Source: an uncultured Gammaproteobacteria bacterium (GTDB lineage: Bacteria > Patescibacteriota > Patescibacteriia > Magasanikbacterales > GWA2-37-8). From it: a stretch of 53,787 nucleotides of DNA. Made by a program: the position numbers and the translations under genes. The notes below the pieces were generated by a model. It ran no database searches. It was not told the origin of the DNA and saw only the letters and a program-made list of their open reading frames with translations. The stretch is taken from assembly GCA_964540825.1 (NCBI GenBank), contig CAZINT010000002.1, positions 194,993 through 248,779 on the forward strand, given 5' to 3'. This document shows, piece after piece, positions 50,886 to 53,787 of this stretch. Each line of letters opens with the position of its first letter. The first letter of the stretch is position 1.

Positions 50886-52046
50886 TCAGCCGTTGACCGC
50901 CGTCGCTGCAGTCGAGCTGCGGCGCAGACGCTTGAGCTGCGCGATGATGCGACCAGCGAAATCAGGAAGGTATGGAATCATCACCGCGAGCAGCACCACG
51001 AGCGAACCCGCGATGACCTTCCACTCAGGCCAATTGAGGCCGAAGTAGAGGATCACCGGGATAGGCCCGATGAGTGAGGCGACGATGCCCTGACCCTTGG
51101 TCATGACCATGCGCGCCTTCATGGAGGCGGGCTGATCTTCGCCTGGCAGACGATAGTCAGACACCATGATCATGACGGCGAAATAGCTCATGAGACCGAA
51201 CGGAATGCCCGAGAGGAAAACCCAAGGCGCGAAGTAGAGGTACTGGGCCTGACCCCAAGCATACGCATAGAGCGCCGCGAAGCCAGAACAGATGACGCCG
51301 ACACAAAGCATGCAGGCCAGCTGTTCGAGGGCGAACCACCACTTTTCAGCGATGGCGCTGAAGACCTTGGCCTCATCGGTGGTGAGCCGCAGCTCTTCGA
51401 TGAGACGATTGATCAGCACTCGATAGCGACCGGCCAGATATTGACGCCGAGCGTAGGAGCCGGCGTAGATGAAGGCGCAGACGAGCACGGTGAGCATGCC
51501 CATACGGCTCGAATGCTTACTAAGGTCGAGCTTACCCCAAACGATCAAGCCGATCCCAATGATGGCAACACGCAGCGCCCAGGTGTCGAGCTGGCGCTTC
51601 GTAGGATCGGGCGCTTTCTTGAGCCCAGCCTTGACGAGAATGTTGTCGACCAAGGCCGAGAACTGCAGCGCAAGGCCCTTGAGGAGGCCCGAACCAGCCG
51701 TGACCGCCCAACCGGTGTTGGTGTACACAGCATTGGACGAGCCGACCACGACGCCGGTGTGCAGCCCACTCTCTACGATGAGGTGTGCTGGCATAACAGC
51801 GTTGATCTGGCGGATCTCGCTGCGGTGCCGCCGAAAGTAGCGAACCACAATTCCCGCAGCGATGATTCCGGCAGACAAACTAGCGCTGATACTGGTGTTC
51901 AGGAAGACGGTCGCCTGCTGAACACCGGCAACTTTCTTCCAGTACTCGATGAGGGCCATGAAGGCCCCATAGAAGAAGAGGCCTGCCCCGAAAAGGAACC
52001 AGACCTTCGCCACGTTGAGACCGTTCTTGAGCTCAAACTTGGTCAT
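50886..52046 (-). CDS. Islet F1: high-GC polytopic membrane protein, 386 aa (hypothetical)
   Basis: The internal ATG (complement of 52044-52046) is preceded by cGGGAGcgtgac. The product begins MTKFELKNGLNVAKVWFLFGAGLFFYGAF and has about 9-10 hydrophobic segments. The 612-aa ORF-track version runs through the promoter region and antisense into the HAD gene. Confidence 0.6.
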   Translation of the reverse strand: MTKFELKNGLNVAKVWFLFGAGLFFYGAFMALIEYWKKVAGVQQATVFLNTSISASLSAGIIAAGIVVRYFRRHRSEIRQINAVMPAHLIVESGLHTGVVVGSSNAVYTNTGWAVTAGSGLLKGLALQFSALVDNILVKAGLKKAPDPTKRQLDTWALRVAIIGIGLIVWGKLDLSKHSSRMGMLTVLVCAFIYAGSYARRQYLAGRYRVLINRLIEELRLTTDEAKVFSAIAEKWWFALEQLACMLCVGVICSGFAALYAYAWGQAQYLYFAPWVFLSGIPFGLMSYFAVMIMVSDYRLPGEDQPASMKARMVMTKGQGIVASLIGPIPVILYFGLNWPEWKVIAGSLVVLLAVMIPYLPDFAGRIIAQLKRLRRSSTAATAVNG

Positions 52047-52116
52047 GTCACGCTCCCGTTTTTGTGTTCTTTTAGACCCAAACCGCTCGGGCCAACAATT
52101 CTGCAAAAATAAAAAA

Positions 52117-52182
52117 GTTCTTTCACAATCGCAATAATCTTCGCAAAAAATTGGCTCGATAGTTGGGCGGTTGTGAAAGAAC
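52117..52182. promoter_or_regulatory. 12-bp perfect inverted repeat in the F1/F2 divergent intergenic region
   Basis: gttctttcacaa (52117-52128) - 42 nt - ttgtgaaagaac (52171-52182). Confidence 0.5.
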
Positions 52183-52231
52183 CGTTCAATTGCCCCCACC
52201 CTACCATATTTTTCGAAAAAAATCAAGGGTG

Positions 52232-52259
52232 TTGACAAATGGGGAAAAACTGTTATCGT
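52232..52259 (+). promoter_or_regulatory. Putative promoter of the HAD gene
   Basis: TTGACA (52232-52237), 16 nt spacer, TATCGT. Confidence 0.45.
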
Positions 52260-52295
52260 GCGCATAAGAAAATAATCGTTCATTGAGGGCAAAAA

Positions 52296-53177
52296 ATGAA
52301 GGAAACAACACAAAAAACCATCTTGTTCAGCGACTTCGATGGCACGCTCGAAACCGACCTTCACACCGACCCGGCTACGCTCGACCCGTTTAGCCTGGAG
52401 TTTGGACGTCTTTTTAGCGCTCTTACCGAAGGTAAAATGAGCGTTGAAAGCGTCCATGCTTACATGCTCGAAGGCTATGGACGAATTCGGCGAGCACCTC
52501 AGTTGTACGGCTGGGTGCGCGGCGCCGAGGAAATGGTTGTGGCTTCGGCGTCTGACGCCTATCTTAGAGCGGCGGTCATGGGCGCCGAGATGCTCGACCG
52601 GCTTAATTTGCTGCGCAACCCAACCGATCGCGGTGACGCTTTGCACCAGGTGTACAAAGCTGCCTACCCCTTCGCACAATGCGCACTGCGCCCCGAAGCA
52701 CCCGGTGCCCTCAACAGGCTGCACCAGGCAGGCGTATTCGTCGAGGTGGTCACGAACGCAGACCCAAAAAAAGTGCGCGACAAAATCGCTGCTGCGAATC
52801 AGGGTCTCGGACCGCTTTCACTGGACTGGATCCTGCACCATGTGCACGGGTTCGCCAACAAGAGCGTTGTCACCCAGCACCCTCTGATCGCGCCTGAGAC
52901 GATCAAAAATCCCCACCTTAGCCGGCCTATCTACACCCGCCGAGGACACCTCTTTGAGCTGCTTGAGAGTCTTTGCTCCGAGGAGGACGATCTGTATTTC
53001 CTCGGCGACAACGCCGACATGGACCTGCACGGCCCCGGTGTCAGGTATCCGAACGCCAAGCTCATCCTCGTTGCGAACGATGATACCCCAAACTATGATC
53101 TTCGCTACTTCGCGACTACCCGGAACTGCTTTGTCATCCGGTCGCTGGCGGAGCTGCCTCGCATTCTCGGTGTCTGA
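52296..53177 (+). CDS. Islet F2: high-GC HAD-superfamily hydrolase-like protein, 293 aa
   Basis: Motif I: ILFSDFDGTLE (DxDxT). Motif II-like: VEVVTNA. Motif IV-like: LGDNADMD. A large insert between motifs I and II could be a cap domain. tGAGGGcaaaaa precedes the ATG. Confidence 0.65.
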   Translation: MKETTQKTILFSDFDGTLETDLHTDPATLDPFSLEFGRLFSALTEGKMSVESVHAYMLEGYGRIRRAPQLYGWVRGAEEMVVASASDAYLRAAVMGAEMLDRLNLLRNPTDRGDALHQVYKAAYPFAQCALRPEAPGALNRLHQAGVFVEVVTNADPKKVRDKIAAANQGLGPLSLDWILHHVHGFANKSVVTQHPLIAPETIKNPHLSRPIYTRRGHLFELLESLCSEEDDLYFLGDNADMDLHGPGVRYPNAKLILVANDDTPNYDLRYFATTRNCFVIRSLAELPRILGV

Positions 53178-53321
53178 CCCTCTTGCCTCTCCACGGGACG
53201 CGCAGCCCTCCGGCTGCCGCCCCTTCTCCCCTGCTTCTAAATTAGTTGGAACTAGAGGAAATGTTAGGGGTTTGACAAATAAATCTAGAAAAGTATTAAG
53301 AAATACACTATACTATAAGCA

Positions 53322-53350
53322 TTGACAAAAGTGTCAAAATGTGCTATATT
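53322..53350 (+). promoter_or_regulatory. Promoter of the small K/E-rich ORF
   Basis: TTGACA (53322-53327), 17 nt spacer, TATATT (53345-53350). Confidence 0.6.
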
Positions 53351-53378
53351 CATTCGTTAATTTATTTAATTTATTTTT

Positions 53379-53597
53379 ATGGGTGAAGGTATGAGCTATC
53401 AACCAGAAATGAAGCAACAAATTCCTCTAAGCCCTGAGGTAGAGGCTTTATTAAATGAGAAGACAAAGGACTATGTCGCAGGCAAGCCCGAAATCAAAAA
53501 GGAGACATTGAGACCGGAAATTAAAGAGGTTAAAGATGGAAAAAGCTTTCGTGAATTATCAGGTGACACAAAAGTTCCTCAACAAGATTTAAACTAA
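53379..53597 (+). CDS. Small K/E-rich hypothetical protein (72 aa, or 68 aa from the ATG at 53391)
   Basis: The composition is backbone-like and AT-rich. It has a good promoter and terminator. No family was recognised. Confidence 0.45.
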   Translation: MGEGMSYQPEMKQQIPLSPEVEALLNEKTKDYVAGKPEIKKETLRPEIKEVKDGKSFRELSGDTKVPQQDLN

Positions 53598-53607
53598 AAC
53601 CCGCAAC

Positions 53608-53638
53608 AAAAAACACTCGCTTACGCGAGTGTTTTTTT
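53608..53638. terminator. Bidirectional terminator between the small ORF and the 16S 3' end
   Basis: aaaaaacactcgc-ttac-gcgagtgttttttt. Confidence 0.8.
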
Positions 53639-53743
53639 ATTTGACTACACAAAGGTGATAAAAACCGGTCTACCTCCCCTACGTAGCTTTTGACTATGTA
53701 GAGTTCGACAGAAATTCACAGTCTTTCGACTGAGTATCTCCAG

Positions 53744-53787
53744 AAAGGAGGTGATCCATGAGCAGCTTCCGCTACCCATGCCTTGTT
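53744..53787 (-). rRNA. rrs: 3' terminal 44 nt of a 16S rRNA gene; the rest lies beyond the right edge
   Basis: The plus strand reads AAAGGAGGTGATCCATGAGCAGCTTCCGCTACCCATGCCTTGTT. This is colinear with the reverse complement of the E. coli 16S 3' end (TAAGGAGGTGATCCAACCGCAGGTTCCCCTACGGTTACCTTGTT). The anti-SD is identical, and helix 45 is divergent at the paired positions. Confidence 0.85.

Noticed and set aside
50886-52724. The 612-aa version of the islet F membrane-protein ORF.
   Set aside because: The N-terminal 226 codons run through the AT-rich divergent promoter region and antisense into the HAD gene. Membrane-protein character begins only at the internal ATG (52046), which has its own SD.
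1-53787. CRISPR arrays, IS elements/transposases, prophage genes, toxin-antitoxin pairs and known defence-system genes.
   Set aside because: I saw no regularly spaced direct repeats and no DDE, serine or tyrosine recombinase, reverse transcriptase, nuclease-helicase or ATPase-type defence signatures in any translated ORF.

Overview
This 53.8-kb window reads like a chromosomal segment of a small-genome, CPR/Patescibacteria-like bacterium; that assignment is an inference from gene content. The backbone is compact and mostly minus-strand. It carries housekeeping genes: metK, glyA, pyk, nrdR, ftsZ, ftsA, ybeY, dgkA, rpsU, hisS, lepB, three tRNAs and the 3' tip of a 16S rRNA gene. It also carries envelope genes: a Wzy-like ligase, two GT4 glycosyltransferases, a clan GH-A hydrolase, and EamA and amino-acid transporters. 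An ECF sigma/DUF5667 pair sits next to a 1231-aa surface protein. A five-gene surface operon is dominated by a 3375-aa protein with a VirB2/TrbC-like pilin N-terminus. The backbone is mid GC (about 45% on spot-counted lines), uses TTGACA-17-TAnnnT promoters and A/T-flanked hairpin terminators, and mostly lacks Shine-Dalgarno (SD) sequences. The most unusual signal is six short, sharply bounded high-GC islets (about 60-80% GC on spot counts, 10 ORFs in total) sitting in intergenic gaps. Each islet ORF has its own SD and a GC-rich 3' hairpin. Promoter-like TTGACA elements are visible upstream of six of the ten islet ORFs. None of the islets has an integrase, a transposase or terminal repeats. 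One islet is a tandem pair of divergent [small lipoprotein <-> pseudo-receiver] modules. Other notable items are a divergent Elp3/Trm9-like pair (a eukaryote/archaeal-style wobble-U pathway), a triple palindromic operator in front of an HTH gene, and a terminator-containing metK leader. The 16S gene is unlinked from a 23S gene and has a divergent 1492R primer site. I saw no CRISPR array, IS element, prophage or recognisable defence gene. All domain calls come from reading the translations against remembered family motifs, not from searches.
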